From: the human T2T-CHM13v2.0 reference genome, Homo sapiens
Length of the DNA stretch: 64,000 nt
Reading direction: 5' to 3' (one strand)
Assembly (NCBI RefSeq): GCF_009914755.1
Contig: NC_060929.1
The notes under the pieces are model-generated. The model was not told the DNA's origin. It ran no database searches and was given only the letters and a program-made list of their open reading frames with translations. Made by a program: the position numbers and the translations under genes. Of the stretch, positions 12,728 through 29,765 are shown in pieces. Numbering within the stretch: position 1 is the stretch's first letter; each line of letters starts with the position of its first letter.

Positions 12728-14596
12728 AAAACGTTCGTAAATGAAGATGAGAACTTCCTGAATCAAACATTCTAACTCATCTTACAATTCTGCATTATAG
12801 AGCACTAGGATGTTATTAAACACCACTTCAGTTTTTAGTAAAAGTTATGCCAATGACTTAGTGAAAATAGGAGAGCAGTGCTTTCTCTTGTAGATGCAGG
12901 AAAATGTTATAAAAAGATTTATTCCTATATTATATACAGCCTCCTTTTCCACTTTCATGAACATTAACCTATGGTCCCAGTTAAGTTACAGTGTGGACTT
13001 TATGGTATAAATAATTTCCTTGCTTATTATCTACAATCACTAGGAAATAAGACATTGCTTTCAATACTTGTCAAAACCCTGCCATGTATGGAACATACAT
13101 TTCCCATCCAAGAGCAATATTAAATTGTGTATTTTATGCTTCTTTGTGTTACCACTTCTATAATATGCAATTCTTTATTTTCCTTTTGAAAGGTTTGGTT
13201 TGTCTATTCAGCCCTAAATCCTATTCTTCATTCACAGTATCTCTAGACTTGAGATTTTCAATCTACAAGAAGATTGAAAATATACTTTCCGGCGGAAACA
13301 TGTTTGGAATCTGAACAGATTATGCTTTTGTATTAAGAGACAAGGCAGGACTGTAGATTTATTCTTGTCATCTCTCTGAAACATTTACTTCCTCTATTCC
13401 CTGCAGTGTCAGCACTTTCAGCACCTTTATTCTCAGTTTCCTTAAGGTTAACTGAACATCTCCATCAAAGACAGTGTGCAGGCAACATGAACCTTGATCA
13501 GTGGGGCAAAAGATCTGGCTTCTAATCAAAACTAGACTTGAATTGGCTATTTATTTTGGGGCCAGTGCTGTTCCCTAGATAGCACATTCATCACCACTGA
13601 GTTGAACTAGGTTCCTCTTAAGTCTGACAGTCTATGAATCTGAGGTGCTGGAAGTAAATAGAAATATGACCTCAGGAGAAGCAGAGTAGAACAAGAAGGG
13701 TGGATCACCTTGTTTGTCTCTACAGATGGTTGGGTTAGTCACAACCACCTCAAAAGGCCTCTGTTTGTACACTCCTCAGCACAACTACCAAGAAAGCCTT
13801 TCTTCATGCCCCCAATAATAAATAAGCTTTCCCTTCTGATTTTACGTAGTATACTGTATCCCCTTATAGACACTTAATAAGTCCCATATTTGATTATAAT
13901 TATTTATGAATATCTCACATTAAAGTATGTATCAAATGAGTAAAAAAAACTTAATATGTGAAAAAAGTACTATGTTAATCTTATTTATGCATAGGATGTA
14001 AATCAAAATTAGAATGCATCTGACTGTCTTCCATGCCTGAGAAAATTAAAAGGTTGAACAAATTGTTTGAGAGGCATTAAAAAATGTTTTCGTAAAACAT
14101 AGAAGAAAACATTAGTATCTAAGCAATCCAGATAAAGTGCTTTTTAGTCAGGAGAGCTTCAAAGCAAAAAAAAAAAAATAAAGAAAGAAAGAATAAAGAT
14201 GGATATGTCCTTTAAGAAAAAATTACTGGTAATTATACTCCACATTAAAATAGGCAAAATCAAATTCTCAGAGCCCTCAGTCTGTTACTCAAACTCTTAT
14301 TGAAGTGTTGGGAAAGAGTTACACTGTATAAAACAAAGCCTCTCCATTTTGTCTAAGGCATTTCTTCTTAACTAATAAAGAAGCTAAAACTGTATAAAAA
14401 TAATTATTTGCATAAGGCTGAAGGGCAAATCAAGTTGCATAGTAGCTCAACTCAAAGTACAGAGAATGCCATTTCAGTGTAAAGCCTGTAACTACAGCTG
14501 GGGCAGGGCATCAAGAAGGACTTCCTAAAAAGAGAGGCAACTTGAATTCTACGTTGAGTAAATGATACTCAGGACTTGACTGAAGCAAGAAAAGTG

Positions 14597-14618
14597 GTGT
14601 GTGTGTGTGTGTGTGTGT
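14597..14618. repeat. (GT)n microsatellite
   Basis: Direct read, ~11 units. Confidence 0.9.
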
Positions 14619-14639
14619 ACATGCTTTCTTGCTTGTTTT

Positions 14640-15211
14640 GCTAGATATATTCTGCGTGCCCCTTAGGATCTAGGCTTAACTCGCTTTAGCTTTTGGGAAG
14701 TGACCTGAATAGGCCACAGCTGATGATTCTCTCATGCTTCACGCTGACCTCCACCGGCCAATGGGGAGACCATGCAGGAAGTCAAAGCGTCTGAGCGGGA
14801 AGACAGGGGATTTATTCTAATAGACCCCAGACTGAGTGATTGTCTCAGCATGGAAGTGTTCTGGGACCAAAGCCATAGATATTTTTGAGTATTATATCTA
14901 TGATCTGAACCCAGGTATTTTGCCTGGGTTCAGGTTATTTAGTTAAATGACCCTTAATTGATCCTTTGATCAATTAAGATTGTTTCCACGCAACTCTTCT
15001 ACTGCCAAACTAATAATTACTCCACCCTTTCACTCCCCCAAGATCCAAGGTTAGTAATAGCTCACTGTTACTAACCCTTAGATACTGCACTATTCTTTGT
15101 GGATTTTCTATACTCTGTCCAAAACTTTTTAAGAGGGTCCGGTAAGATACTTCTTGAGTTTTCCTAATGTGAGCATGCCACTGGTTTCTTCCTGGAACAC
15201 TGAATGACTCA
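14640..15211. mobile_element. Old ERVL LTR (LTR33-like)
   Basis: GC-richer block with CCAATGGG..CAGGAAG motif, ending GAGCATGCCACTGGTTTCTTCCTGGAACACTGAATGACTCA like the LTR33 terminus. Confidence 0.55.
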
Positions 15212-15561
15212 TATGTCTTTGATGATTGGAGGAGACACGGGGAAATGTGGACACACAATAGAATAATCAGAATACAGAAATTCTAGACATTGGGAAAATC
15301 AAAATACCTTCAGTTTGAGAAACTAAAAGATTATGAGCAGCTTATCCCCCAAAATTTTAAGACAGAATGTGCAGAGACACCCTTGAACACAAATGACCAT
15401 GAGACTCAAGCTTTGGTGCCCTCCTACCACTTTCTACAGCTCCTCTCCTTCCTAAGCTCCAGCTTCCTCACAGCTGTGCACCATATGGCTAAGCCTCCTC
15501 AAGCATTTGTGTCCCACTTATCCTATTCTAAGATGTCCATACTTGAAGGGTTTTATAAAAT

Positions 15562-15705
15562 GGGGTTATTAATCTTGGGAGACATGAAAGAGGTCATGAA
15601 ATTAATTGAAACCACGTGTGAATAATATGTATATACGTGAATTTTCCTGGGAGGGGAAATCATTGGCTTTCATTAGATTTTCAACTGAGTTTATAATCTC
15701 CAACC
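15562..15705. mobile_element. MER103-like hAT-Charlie fossil
   Basis: GGGGTTATTAATCTTGGG...GAATTTTCCTGGGAGGGG..ATTGGCTTTCATTAGATTTTCAA. Confidence 0.5.
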
Positions 15706-15861
15706 CCCCAACACACACACACAAACACACACTGTTTTAATGTGAATTATTTGTTAATTTCTGATAAAAGGTGCATGAAGGTATATAGAAGTGCATTGAA
15801 CATAGTGTGTACATAGGACACATATTTTATAGCATTGGTTCACAATGTAATAGATTCTATT

Positions 15862-16050
15862 ATGGTGTTCTTGAATCAAAATACTTAGGTTTGAATCAGG
15901 TTCTAATTAACTGGTTGACATGGAACATTTTCTTAATATTTTTGATCCTAGACATTTACATGTTACAAACAAGAACAATAAAAATGCCTATATCAGAGGG
16001 TTATTATAGGAATAGCGGAGATATTACTCATGAAAACTCCTTGTAAACTA
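15862..16050 (+). mobile_element. MIR SINE
   Basis: GAATCAAAATACTTAGGTTTGAATC...AATAAAAATGCCTATATCAGAGGGTTATTATAGGAAT core pattern. Confidence 0.6.
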
Positions 16051-19000
16051 ATATCTCATCCAAGAGTATTTTTATTTTAAACAAGACCCTTACCCTTTAA
16101 CCCAGGATGGTCAATATTCAATGGTGGGCCCTGGTATCATGGTTTTATATATTTTAATATATTTGCTTGCATTATACCAAAAAAGTTTTTGCTAGCTTAA
16201 ACCAATCCTGTAACTAAAGATATTTGAAATTCTTCTCATGACAATTTCTACATAATTAAATGTAGTTATCTCATGTTATTTCATTTGGAGAGATTTTAAA
16301 AATGGATTTAATGTCTCTGAAAACGTTTTGTCAGGAGTGATATGTATTAGGTCATATATTATCGCTTTCTCACCTATTATATGAAAGTTTTGAGGTATTT
16401 AAAAAACCACATTTATTTTAGAGCCTGGAATCAATGTGTTTTTGGGAATTAGATATACCATTATCATTGTTAAGAATTTAAAAATTATTGATATTTGACC
16501 TCTGACCTTTATTAGTGTGTGAATTTTTAAAAAATCGCTAAACTTTTTTTAGTTTATTCACTTAATTTAATTGCCTAAATCACATATGTGATTACCTTCC
16601 TCCCTGCAAACAGCTTTTTGAGAGAAAGGGATATGTGGATTAGTATCTTGACCAACTAGATGCTTAATGTCATGCCCTTGGTAATCTTCATAGAAACTCT
16701 CTAACATCTGGTGAATCCAACACAATCTTAAAATTCAAGTGACTCTTTCTCTTTAAATTAATATATTTATAGCTTTGCCTACAGAGTAATCAGATAATCC
16801 AACTTTGGGAACATTTCTGTGCAGAAAACAAAACCACAAAAGTATCTTTATGTAATTAAAGACACAAGATAAAGTATTATTGGAGGGTTGAATAAAAGAA
16901 CCATGTATTAGGACTCCTCAGTTCTCTTCCAACTATTGACTTCATATGCTCTGAGGCCTATTACTTAATCTAATTTGCCCATTATTTTACAAGTTGAACT
17001 CTGCCCTTTGTTTCAAAGGATAAATGCATTTCAATTAAATACATTTGCAAATTACATTGTTCTGAAGAACTGCAAGTTGTATCTGATTTATTGTATTAAT
17101 TCTGATAAGGAATGTTGAAACTTGAATTATATGGGGTTTACTTTGGGTTCACAGCAAGGGGCTTGTGCCATAAGTGCTTTATTTGATATTTTCTTATATA
17201 TTAATAGTTCAGCAGTGAGAACAATTGAAAACTTCTACTATCAAGCATTTCCCTATCTGACCTCTCAGTTATATAATTTGCACCCCAATGAAATACGCCA
17301 AATAGAAGGAGTTTTTGAATTACATAAACGATGGTCAAAGTTAGACTAGAAACATCCATTGCCTTGTAATAATTTAAATATGCATCATGACATTGATAAA
17401 GTATATTTAAGTTTGTAAGACTCAAATTTTCTCTTCCCTATGTTATGCCAAGTTCAAAAAAGGCCGGCGGTGGGAGTAAGATTTCTGAAACTTGTAACAG
17501 ATTTCACTTATTTCCTTCCTTTACAAATATGTCTTTATTTTGCTATCATTAATGCATTATCAAAACTTTAATTGTTCTATGACCTGCATTTTTATTGATT
17601 GCCTTGACATTTAAAAAGGCACATAAGTTCTTACTATATTCCTCAAAGAAGCTGCAACTCCAAATATATTGACGTGTCACTGTGTCCGTACTGGGATGGA
17701 GTTCCAATATTTTCTTTTTTGCTTTTTGCTGTTTTTGTCTTTTATTCGTTTTGTTACATTTGTATTTTAGTGAAAGAAACTACTAAAGATTGCTATGAGA
17801 TATAAAAAGAAATTACATAGGAAACCAAGAAGTAGCCTATGAGAAAAGGAATGAAATTAAACATCAGACTATTGCATCTTAAAATGGAATAGGGAATATC
17901 TCTGATCAATTGAAGTGACCAAATCTAAGGTCAGGGGCAGAAGAAACTAGGAGCTACAGAAGTTCCTAGTATCTTCACGAGTGAGGGGATTCTGAACAAG
18001 TGACTCACACTCAAAAGCAGGACCTACTTTGTCCCTAGAAGCCTGGTTAACACCAATACAAATTCCTCCTGTTGCAGCCACGCTAGCACTCTGGGGATAT
18101 TGCCTGGGTCTATAAATGAAATAATTGTTTAAGAAAAGTGCTTAGATATAGAGTCCAGGTCTGCAGTGTCGGAGTGGCATGAATGGTCATAGCTGATCAT
18201 GGCAATAAGAAAGGTTTTCCTTCTCACCTGCAAATTAAGCTGAAATTGGATCAGCAATTAGAGCTCATGACTTTGTCACCAAATAACATTTTTTAGAATA
18301 TGACAGCACTAGGTTACCAAATTGATTTGAGGAAGGAGGGAAAAATGTTATTTCCGAAGAGATGGGTTGGTGGAGTTCACAGTTTCACAGTTACTTAATT
18401 TACTAAGATAGATGTGATTTTACTTTTATACCCCAACCTGATAAAGGAGACGCATACATTACATTAGTGAGAACAGTGTATACTTAAGTTACATGTGAGG
18501 CATTGGACTAGGAGCCTGAAGTCTTGGGTTTGAGTTTGAGCACTACACTAAGAGCCCAGTTGTACCATAGTTCAGACACACTTGCTGCCCTGCCATCAAT
18601 GCCTAAGGACAAAAACTCATAAAAGCAAAGAAGAGGTCTGTTCCATCCTTTATACCGGCTTTTCCACTATTAGGATTGCCAAATGAAAATTAGACAAGCT
18701 GAAAATGTTAAGGAAACTCACAGAATGGGGGTAAGGGGATGGTTATACATAAAATCTGAGCTAATCCAAATTAAAATGCCTGCAATATTCTTTTAATGAC
18801 AAATTTAAGATTTCTCTGTACTTTATATCAGTTATTACTCCAAAAATAATTATTTGCATTGTTCCACAGAGGAAAACTCAATTTACAATAATTTTGTTAT
18901 TTGAATTATTCAGTCAAGGAAATGTAGACAGTCAGCTAATGGAGTTACGTCTTAAACCAGGTTAAGAGCAGTAACAAATTTGTGTAACAAGAAACTTCTT

Positions 19001-20239
19001 TATTATAGAAGAAAATGAAGTTTAATAGTAGTTATGACCTATGCAACTCGCCAATAGTTTCCAGCTTGCCTTAAGAGAATTCCATTTTTAATGGCCTCAT
19101 GCTCCACTGAATGGCAACATTTCAAAGGTTACTTCTAGCTGGTATAATCAGCCCAACAGATCAAGCATATAGCTTTCACAACAGCAAAGCTAGGAAAGCT
19201 ACTGTGTCCTGAAAACATGGAGTCAGCAGAAATAAAGGTTACATATTCAAAGTAGTAAATTAAAGGATGTTTCTACATGTTCATAATGAAACAAATCTTA
19301 AGAAAAATTCAACAAAAATAGCCAGGTTTTTCATGTCTGTGTGCTAATAACTATCTATTTGGACTAAACAGCACACATTACAGTACATAATGTTCTCAGT
19401 AGTCTCTTGGCTCTTTACTCTCTCCTTTAAAACATGTTTGGGACTCTCTTGACCTAGAAATTTCCAGCCATGGGGGAGATAGCCAATTATGTCTCTCCTT
19501 GATTGAGCTGTGAATGCCTTGAAGATATGAGCTTTCTTTTATTTATTCAATGCTTAGCAGAGTACCTGACAGCCAGGCAATGTTTCAATAACTCGATGAA
19601 CTCAAAGGCTTTACCTCTCCTCTTACCTTTTTCTTTTCCTACAATTTTAATTATACACACTTCTGAAGATTCTAACTTAACACTCTATTTCTCTCATATA
19701 TGATGTCTTTTATCAATGTCATTCATAACTATGGATCAAATTTGAAATGCCATTTATTCTAAGAGATCTTTCTGTATCTTCCTTAATTAGATGATTTTTT
19801 CTCTCTCTCTCTTCTTTAACACACATTATTTTGCACCACAATCATGCCACTTAGTTTACTTGGCCCTTGATACTAGTTACTGAGGGATTTGACACATATT
19901 TAAGTCAAGAGTGACTGCTATCAGAAATTAGAACAAAAGTTATCTATTGATCCAAAATAACATAAGACACACTGTTTCCTGAATCTCAAAAGAAAATCCA
20001 ATTTTTTTTTATTTTTTTCCTTTTTTTATTTTTATTTTTATTTTTTTATTATTATACTTTAAGTTTTAGGGTACATGTGCACATTGTACAGGTTAGTTAC
20101 ATATGCTGGTGCGCTGCACCCACTAACTCGTCATCTAGCATTAGATATATCTCCCAATGCTATCCCTCCCCCATCCTCCCCCCCACAACAGTCCCCAGAG
20201 TGTGATGTTCCCCTTCTTGTGTCCATGTGTTCTCATTGT

Positions 20240-24041
<3,802 letters not shown>

Positions 24042-24104
24042 TATGATGTTAGCTGGTTATTTTGCTCATTAGTTGATGCAGTTTCTTCCTAGTCTCGATG
24101 GTCT

Positions 24105-25121
24105 TTACATTTTGGCATGATTTTGCAGCGGCTGGTGCCGGTTGTTCCTTTCCATGTTTAGCGCTTCCTTCAGGAGCTTTTTTAGGGCAGGCCTGGTGGT
24201 GACAAAATCTCTCAGCATTTGCTTGTCTGTAAAGTATTTTATTTCTGCTTCACTTATGAAGCTTAGTTTGGCTGGATATGAAATTCTGTGTTGAAAATTC
24301 TTTTCTTTAAGAATGTTGAATATTGGCCCCCACTCTCTTCTGGCTTGTAGGGTTTCTGCCGAGAGATCCGCTGTTAGTCTGATGGGCTTTCCTTTGAGGG
24401 TAACCCGACCTTTCTCTCTGGCTGCCCTTAACATTTTTTCCTTCATTTCATCTTTGGTGAATCTGACAATTATGTGTCTTGGAGTTGCTCTTGTCGAGGA
24501 GTATCTTTGTGGCGTTCTCTGTATTTCCTGAATCTGAACGTTGGCCTGCCTTGCTAGATTGGGGAAGTTCTCCTGGATAATATCCTGCAGAGTGTTTTCC
24601 AACTTGGTTCCATTCTCCACATCACTTTCAGGTACACCAATCAGACGTTGATTTGGTCTTTTCACATATTCCCATATTTCTTGGAGGCTTTGCTCATCTC
24701 TTTTTATTCTTTTTTCTCTAATCTTCCCTTCTCGCTTCATTTCATTTATTTCATCTTCCATTGCTGATACCCTTTCTTCCAGTTGATTGCATCGGTTCCT
24801 GAGGCTTCTGCATTCTTCACGTAGTTCTCGAGCCTTGGTTTTCAGCTCCATCAGCTCCTTTAAGCACTTCTCTGTATTGGTTATTCTAGTTATACATTCT
24901 TCTAAATTTTTTCCAAAGTTTTCAACTTCTTTGCCTTTGGTTTGAATGTTCTCCTGTAGCTCAGAGTAATTTGATAATCTGAATCCTTCTTCTCTCAGAT
25001 CATCAAAGTCATTCTTCGTCTAGCTTTGTTCCGTTGCTGGTGAGGAGCTGCGTTCCTTTGGAGGAGGAGAGGCGCTCTCCTTTTTAGAGTTTCCAGTTTT
25101 TCTGTTCTGTTTTTTCCCCAT
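24105..25121 (-). pseudogene. L1 ORF1 (RNA-binding protein) with a single nonsense codon
   Basis: 1017-nt frame MGKKQNRKTGNSK...NHAKM*; TAG at codon 34 (25020-25022), rest of the frame open. Confidence 0.93.
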
Positions 25122-26025
25122 CTTTGTGGTTTTATCTACTTTTGCTCTTTGATGATGGTGATGTACAGATGGGTTTTTGGTGTGGATGTCCTTTCTGTTT
25201 GTTAGTTTTCCTTCTAACAGACAGGACCCTCAACTGCAGGTCTGTTGGAGTACCCTGCAGTGTGAGGTGTCCGTGTGCCCCTGCTGGAGGGTGCCTCCCA
25301 GTTATGCTGCCCGGGGGTCAGGGGTCAGGGACCCACTGGAGGAGGCAGTCTGCCCTTTCTCAGATCTCCAGCTGCATGCTGGGAGAACCACTGCTCTCTT
25401 CAGTGCTGTCAGACAGGGATATTTAAGTCTGCAGAGGTTACTGCTGTCTTTTTGTTTGTCTGTGCCCTGCCCCCAGAGGTGGAGCCTACAGAGGCATGCA
25501 GGCCTCCTTGAGCTGTGGTGGGCTCCACCCAGTTCGAGCTTCCTGGCTGCTTTATTTACCTAAGCAAGCCTGGGCAATGGTGGGCGCCCCTCCCCCAGCC
25601 TCACTGCCGCCTTGCAGTTTGATCTCAGACTGCTGTGCTGGCAATCAGTGAGACTCCGTGGGGTAGGACCCTCCGAGCCAGGTGCGGGATATAATCTCGT
25701 GGTGCGCCGTTTTTTTAAGCTCGTCAGAAAAGTGCAGCATTCGGGTGGGAGTGACCCGATTTTCCAGGTGCCATCTGTCACCCCTTTCTTTGATTAGGAA
25801 AGGGAACTCCCTGACCCTTTGCACTTCCCGAGTGAGGCAATGCCTCACCCTGCTTCAGCTCATGCATGGTGTGCGCACCCACTGACCTGCACCTACTGTC
25901 TGGCACTCCGTAGTGAGATGAACCCGGTACCTCAGATGGAAATGCAGAAATCACCTGTCTTCTGCGTTGCTCAGGCTGGGAGCTGTAGACTGGAGCTGTT
26001 CCTATTTGGCCATCTTGGCTCCTCC
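25122..26025 (-). promoter_or_regulatory. L1 5' UTR: sense internal promoter (-) and antisense promoter (+)
   Basis: CpG-richer L1PA 5' UTR with intact YY1 motif CAAGATGGCC (26008-26017 on -); promoter activity is established for the family but not shown for this copy. Confidence 0.75.
25577..25793 (+). pseudogene. L1 ORF0 (antisense ORF), truncated by a stop at codon 25
   Basis: ATG GTG GGC GCC CCT CCC CCA... = MVGAPPPASLPPCSLISDCCAGNQ then TGA at 25649-25651 where ORF0 has CGA (Arg). Confidence 0.8.
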
Positions 26026-26149
26026 TGAAAATCCAATTTTTTTAACTAAGGAATCATTTCAAATCAGAATAAAACTTATATAGTCCTAATCATTGAATAA
26101 GAACAAAATAGGAATGGAAAATCACTCTCTGCAAGTAGACATTTAATTT

Positions 26150-27430
26150 TATTTGATTACCAGCTTCCTAAAGTTTCCATATTCCAATCTCTCTTCCTTC
26201 TTCTCAATCCCAGGTGACAACATTTTTTCCCATTTGACTGAGAAAACAAAAGCAATCAACAAAGAATTTCCACAGGATGACCTGACCAAGCCTACCAAAC
26301 AATCTGCCTTGGTGCACTTTACTGTCTTTACTCAAGTTATTATTGAAAAGTTCTCAGTGTTCCTGTCAGGAACCAGCTCCTCTACTGTCCTGCTTGACCT
26401 TATCTCCTTTTATCTATTCAGAGACATTACTTTAGTAGTTGTCCACACTTCCTCCTGAATTACCAGTTCCTCACTCTCTAATACATTCTTCTCATCACAA
26501 ACAGATAAGCTGAACTACCTGTTATAAAAAAGAAAGAAGGAAAGAAGGAAGGGAGGAAAATTCGACAGTATTTCATGTGTTTTTGTATTAGTGTTCTCCA
26601 AAGAAACAATACCAATGGGACACATAAACATGTGTAAGAGGAGATTTATTATGAGAATTGACTCACATGATTATGGAGGCCAAGAAGCCCCAGGATATGC
26701 TGCCTGAAACTGGAGGATCAGGAAAGCTGGTGGTGTAATTCAATCTTAGTCTGGTGGCCAAGAACCAGGGGAGCTGATGATGTAACTCCCCATCCAAGAC
26801 TGAAGGCCTGAGAACCAGTAGGTAGAGGGTAAGGGGTGAGGAGGTGGTGGGGTGAAGTTTGTGTTAGTCCTGGAGTCTGAGGCCAGCGAACCAGGAACTC
26901 TGATGTCCAAGGCCAGGAGAAGGTGGATATCTCAGCTCAAGAAGAGAGAGGGCACACTTGCTCTTCTTCCATCTTTTAGTTCTATTCAGATCCTCATGGA
27001 TTGGATGATGTCTGCTCACATTGATGAGGGCGTTCTTCTTTACTCAGTCTTTTGATTCAAATGCTAAACTCTCCTGATGGACAACTCACAGTTACACCCT
27101 CAGAGACATACCCAGAAATATGCACAATGTATTATCAGCTATCTAAGAATCTCTTATCCTAGTTGACACATAAAATTAACCATTACAGCACTTTCACAAA
27201 TAAATTCCTCCAAATAGTTTCTCTACTGTTTTTTTCCACTTCTTGTCCCTCCATCCTCTCCAACTGGCTTCAACCAGCTTTGACTTCACTACTTCACTGA
27301 AATAGCTCATTTTGAGGTGACAAATGACCTCATATTGTTAAATTCCATAATTATTCTCAGTCCTTTTTTTTTTAATTTATAGACTACATTTGACACAGTT
27401 GAAACACTTTCTTTAACCAGGTTTCAGATC
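26150..27430 (+). mobile_element. L2 fragments split by an MLT2 LTR
   Basis: TTGACTGAGAAAACAAAAGCAATCA and CACTGAAATAGCTCATTTTGAGGTGACAAATGACCTC...CATTTGACACAGTTGA are L2 ORF2-type motifs. Confidence 0.65.
26584..27187 (-). mobile_element. MLT2 (ERVL) solo LTR, MLT2B/C-like
   Basis: TGTATTAGTGTTCTCCAAAGAAACAATACCAAT...GTTGACACATAAAATTAACCATTACA termini. Confidence 0.85.
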
Positions 27431-27780
27431 TCAGCATAGATTTGTATAAGTCTAGTCATTTGATGACTTGTCTTTTTGGGAGGAAGATGGCCTCCTGCAA
27501 AATGTCCAATGAAATGTACTGTAGCCAAGTGTTTAACACTGTCAATTCAGACGCTCCTTCAGGTGTTAATTTGAGGGAGCAGAACAGACTGTAGGCTAAG
27601 GTTCTACCATATCATACAATTGCAACAATAAGTATGAACTCCAGCTTCACCTTCTGATTGTGCTGAGGGAGGTTAGCGCTCTCTTATTATACAACTTGAA
27701 AGCCCCACACTCTGTTCCAGGATTCTTCTCACCAAACCTAATATCTACCTACTAGGTCCTTATGCCCTCCTGAGAGGGAT

Positions 27781-29765
27781 ATTTTTTTCAATTTTTTTAA
27801 ATTTTCTTTCCAATGTCTATTTTAGATTAAAGGAGTAATATGCAGGTTTTCTACATGGCTAAATTGCATGTTATGGGGGTTTAGTGTACAGATAATTTTG
27901 TCAACCAGGTGATCGGCATAATGTCCAATAGGTAGTTTTTCAATCCTCACCCTCCTCCCACTCTCTACCTTCAAGTAGGTCCAGGAATCTGTTTTTCTCT
28001 TTGTGTCCATATGTATTCAATGTTTAGCTCCCACTGAGAACATGCAATATTTAGTTTTTTGTTCCTGCATTAATTTGTTTAGGATTAATTTGCCTCTAAT
28101 TTCATCCATGTTGCTACAAAAAGAGGATTTCCTTTTTTATGGCTGTGTAGTAGTCCAGTGTGTAGGTACCACATTTTCTTTATCCAGTCCACTGTTGGTG
28201 GGCACCTAGGTTTATTCTATGTAATTGCTAGTGTGAATAGTGCTGCAATGAACATCCGTGTGCATGTGTCCACATGGTTAAATAATTTATATTCCTTTGG
28301 ATATATATCCAGTAATGGGATTGCTGAGTGGAATGCTAGTACTATTTTACATTCTTTAAGAAAGCTCCAGAGTGATATCCACAGTGGCTTAACTAATTTA
28401 CATTCTCACCAACAGTGTGTAAGTGCTCCTTTGCTTTTTGACTTTTTAATAATAGCCATTCTGACTAGTGTGAGATGTTATCTCATTGTTGTTTTGATTT
28501 GTGTTCCCCTAATTAATGATTAGTGATACTGAGCATTTATTTTCATATTCTTGTTGAAAATGTGTGTGTCTTCTTTTGAGAAGTGTTTGTTCATGTCTTT
28601 TTTCATTTTTAATGGGGTTGTTTGTTTTCTGCTTGTTGATTTAAGTTCCTTGTAGATGCTGGATATTAGACTTTTGTTGGATGCATAGTTTGCAAATATT
28701 TGCTCCCATTCCTTAGGTCATCTTTTCACTCTGTTGATAGTTTCTTCTACTGTGCAGAAGCTCTTTAGTTAATTGGTGCCACTTGTCAATTTTTGTTTGT
28801 GTTGAAATTGCTCTTGGAGTCATCATGAAGTCTTTGCCAGGGTCCTTTTCCAGAATGGCATTTCCTAGGTTTTCTTCTAACATTTTTATAGTTTTACGTT
28901 TTGAGTTTAAGTCTTTAATTCATCTTCAGATGATTTTTGTATATGGTGAAAGTTAGGCATCAAGTTTCAATCTTCTGCATATGGCTAGCCAGTTGTCCCA
29001 GTACCATTTATTGAACGCAGAGTCCCTTCCCCATTGATTGTTATTGTCAGTTTTGTCAAAGATCAGATGGCTGTAGTTGTGTGACTTTATTTCTGTGTTT
29101 CTAACCTGTTCCATTGGTCTATGTGTCTGTTTTGTGCCCGTGTCATGCTGTTTTAATTCCTGTAGCCTTGTCGTATAATTTGAAGTCAGGTAGTGTGATG
29201 CCTTCAGCTTTGTTCTCTCTGCTTAGAATTTCTTTGGCTACTCAGGCTCTTTTTGGTTCCATATGAATTTTTAAAAAGTTTTTTCTAATTCTGTAAAAAA
29301 TGACATTGATAGTTTGATAGGAATAGCATTGAATCTGTAAATTGCTTTGGGTAGTATGATCATTTTAACAATATTGATTCTGCAGATCCATGAGCATGGA
29401 ATGCTTTTCCATCTGTGTCATCTCTAATTTCTTTCAGCAGTGTTTTGTAATTCTCATTGTAGAGATCTTTCACATCCTTGGTTAGCTGCATTCCTAGGTA
29501 TTTTATTCTTTCGGTGGCTATTGTAAATGAGATTGAGTACTTGATTTGTCTCTCTGCTTGGGTGTTACTGGTGTATGGAAATGCTACTAATTTTTGTACA
29601 TTGATTTTGTGTCCTGAAATTTTGCTGAAGTTGTTATCAGATCTAGGAGCCTTTGGGCAGAGACTACAAGGATTTCTAGGTATAGAGTCATATTGACTGC
29701 AAAGAGAGATAGTTTGACTTCCTCTCTTCCTATTTGGATGCCTTTTATTTATTTCTCTTGCTTTT
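27781..29765 (-). mobile_element. 5'-truncated old L1PA (L1PA15/16-like), ~2 kb
   Basis: T tail, 3' UTR (GTGTACAGATAATTTTGTCAACCAGG...CCTCACCCTCCTCCCAC) and antisense ORF2 3' half. Confidence 0.88.

Noticed and set aside
25560-26025. CpG-richer stretch as a host-gene CpG-island promoter
   Set aside because: Fully explained by the L1 5' UTR
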